This document shows positions 61,201 through 64,000 of a DNA stretch of 64,000 nucleotides, piece by piece. Each line of letters opens with the position of its first letter. Within the stretch, counting starts at the first letter, position 1. The notes under the pieces were generated by a model. That model was given only the letters and a program-made list of their open reading frames with translations, was not told the origin of the DNA and searched no databases. The DNA comes from Narcine bancroftii. Its lineage: Eukaryota. The translations under genes were made by a program, and so were the position numbers. Location: positions 211,730,001 to 211,794,000 of the forward strand of contig NC_091473.1 in NCBI RefSeq assembly GCF_036971445.1. Direction: 5' to 3'.

Positions 61201-62079
61201 TCGGATTTGGCGGTCCATATTAAAAAGTATAGAGAGAAGATCAGGGAGGCTGGAGACAAATATCAAAAAGGAGGTGTATGGGGAGATTGGAATTTCAGAG
61301 GTTGGGGGCATGGTTAATGCACCTTGCTATATATGGTTTAATGATTCTAGTGGGCTTATTTATTGGATTAGCCATCCTACAATGTTTTATCGCTAGATTA
61401 ATTTGCTCAGCTACTGGAGCGAAGCAGATGGTATTTTAAAAAAAACCCCATGGCAGATGAACAACGATAAATTCAACTCGTGTTACAACAATTTGAGGAA
61501 ACAAAAGATGAACAATAATGCAATTTAATCAGAAATACATGGTAATGAGAAAAAAGGAGTGAAAAATGGTTGAAAATGATTAAACTCGCACCATTCTGTG
61601 AAAAGTGATGGAATGCAAAGTATGTAGATTAGAGCTTGAGAGTAGACAGTACTAGCTAGTGGGCCCCTTCTTATCTCGAGCCCCAAGGATGCAAGGATCT
61701 GGTTCAGGCTGGTACAGTGACCTAAGGTAGTCTATAGCTAGTACTGTGCTTGCTTAATAGAGACATGAATATTAACTTCAACGCCCCTAAGGAGGGAATG
61801 AACTAATTAACATAACATGCAATGTATGAAGAGGGAGTGATACCTGGATTGATGGAAGGGAGAAGGAGAATGTTGTAATGTATTGGGATTCTGATTGGAA
61901 GAAGGTAAATGAAGGTGGGGTGATGTTGAGTGTGGGACTGTACAAAGGAGTGATGATTCTGAACCTCCGGTGTGTCTCCAGACCAGGGACTCCCGACTCT
62001 GCAGACTTGAAATAAAGCTGAACCTGTTCTCCAAGACTTTGTCTCCAGAGTAGTGATTATGAACACTTTATATTTCACA
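58214..62079 (+). mobile_element. ERV-D: older deleted class I provirus
   Basis: Truncated 5' LTR 58214-~58627 fused directly to RT (CPLDENSRDLFAFKWE). YVDD at ~58833. RH/IN remnants. env relic 60344-61500 (DCWVC; MALDFILSERGGTCALIGSEC). 3' LTR ~61558-62079. Flanks cctg/ccta. Confidence 0.9.
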
Positions 62080-64000
62080 CCTAGAAAGTAAAAAATTGAG
62101 GGGAGGTTTGATAAGGTATTTAAAATTATAAAGGAGATAGAGTAAATGAGGATAGACTTTTTCCACTGAGGTTACATGAGATGGAAAGAAAGGACATGGG
62201 TTAAGAATGAAAGGTGGAAAGTTTAGGGGAACATGATGGGGAACTTCACACAGAAATGATGGGAGTGTGGAATGATCTGCCAGCTGTGGTGAATGTGGGC
62301 TCAATTTTAACATTTAAGAAGAATTAGGGCAGGTACATGGATGAGAGAGCTGTGGACTGAGTGAAGGTTAGTGGGACTAGGCGAAAAAAAGGTTTGGAAC
62401 AGACTAGAAAGGCCAAGGGGTCTGTTTTTGTGTTGTCATGTTCTATGGTAACAGGCCATTTTGGACCATAAGACTGTGCCACCCAATTTATACCCAATTA
62501 ACTGACACCCATGGTACGTTTCGAATCCACCCTGTTACCATCTCATGCTTTAAAGGTGGTCAGTCTGTCACCTTTCTGAGTAGCTGTTAAAATCTGGAAT
62601 TCATTAGTGACCTGGTTTGTGAATGCTATCAAGGTGTAGGTAATGTTACTTATGAGTTTGTAGATGCTGTGATTGTAGTAAAAACACAGAAATGCTGGAG
62701 AAACTCAGTCTGTCTCACAGCATCCAGAGGAGGTAAAGATATATTACCAACATTTTGGGCCTCAGTCCTTCAGGAATAAGCAGAGAACAGAAAGGCTCAG
62801 AATAAAGACAAGGCTGGCTGAGGGAGAAGTCCAGTGTAACAAAAGGATATTGAATATGATAAAAGGAAAGGTGAGAATTGTGAAAGGTGACAGAGGGAAA
62901 GGGAAGAGAGAGAGGCAGAGTTAGGGAAAGGCAACGGGATAAAGAGGAGGTGTTGGGGGGGGGGGGTTTAACAAAAAACAGAAAAGTCGATGTAAATGCC
63001 ATCCTCTTATGCAATCAACTAAGAAACAAGATTTCCCTGACATACGTCCTTGTTCTGCTCTGGTCGACCAGTTGTATCTCAGAATGGACGCATATCGGAA
63101 TTGTATACTTACCTTGTTAGTCGGCATCCTGGGGTCTTGACTGGCCATATTGATTCCTGTGCACATGCGGAAGTCTTCGGTAGGCACATGCATGGTGAGT
63201 TTGCATATTGGAGTTCAGTTGGCACATGCATGGTGGGTTTGCGTATTGGAGTTCAGTTGGCGCATGCATGAGAGTTAAGTGCCCTGATGATACTGAATTT
63301 GCGCCCTTAGATCACGTGTTTACTAAAATGTGGTTCACAAAGCTAGACCCCATACAACAGTAAATCCTGATTTCATAATGTTCTTTGGTTTCTAGTGTTA
63401 GTTTCCTCCCCTCCTTTCCATCAAAATATATCACGCTTGTTTTTCTGTGCTAAATTTCACCTTCCATGTGTCTACTTGTCTGTGGTGGTCCCCCCTACAG
63501 TTCAGGACACTTCCACGGTTTGTCGTGTTGCTGGCCATGCCTCCAGGGTGGGTTGTCCTGGAACATTGACTGCAGAGAATGTCTTTTTCCCTCTCACTCC
63601 ACCATCTTCTGTCTTCACAGGGTTAAGCAAGTGGTGCATGTCCAGGCAGGAAGCTTCAAACAATGCAACATAGTGGTCGGACTGGATTCCTTGGGACCAT
63701 AGTTTCAGCCAGTTTTATTGGTGGATTAGGAGTGCAGGTATCGCCACATGGAGAAACTCAATACCCGATGAGTTCTTGAACAGGACTTCAGCCGAATGGC
63801 CGACATGGTGGGTCAGGTGGCCGGTGATACAGCAAATAAGACTCTCCAAAGTGAAGTGTGTGGTGAGGTGGGTCTTTCTCTGGACTTGCTGGAAACACAT
63901 CCCTGCAGTCACACTGAGTAGAGACCGTTCCCCTCTTCCGAGTGTGGGAAGGCACTGCTGCAACACCAGTGTATCCCCACTAAGGGAGCCCATTCCCTTG

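Overview
Vertebrate genomic DNA, most likely a cartilaginous fish (inferred from the shark/ray-type CR1, RTE, Penelope and V-SINE repeats and the divergent H1). The backbone is a tandem duplication of a replication-dependent histone cassette (unit 1 ~13371-40956, unit 2 ~40957-63655). Each unit runs H1(+), H4(+), H3(+), then a 5'-truncated H2A pseudogene(-); neither has H2B. H1 and H4 are intact in both units; H3 is intact only in unit 2. The spacers are packed with nested retroelements: ERV-A (20087-26803, defective, carries ~1.4 kb of non-viral DNA and an RTE insertion); ERV-B (28579-37399, LTRs identical by eye, open gag and pol joined by UAG readthrough, env destroyed by two tandem arrays); ERV-C (46817-54589, tRNA-Trp PBS, 2H-phosphoesterase domain in Pol); ERV-D (58214-62079); and a solo LTR. 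There are also two large CR1s, Gypsy elements, L1, hAT and Tigger elements. The most notable observations are a ~390-bp cassette shared between the env slot of ERV-B and the pre-gag leader of the unrelated ERV-C, the 2H domain, the repeat-array env of a very young provirus, apparent host-DNA capture in ERV-A, and an insertion hotspot reused independently in both histone units. All comparisons were made by eye, with no database searches.
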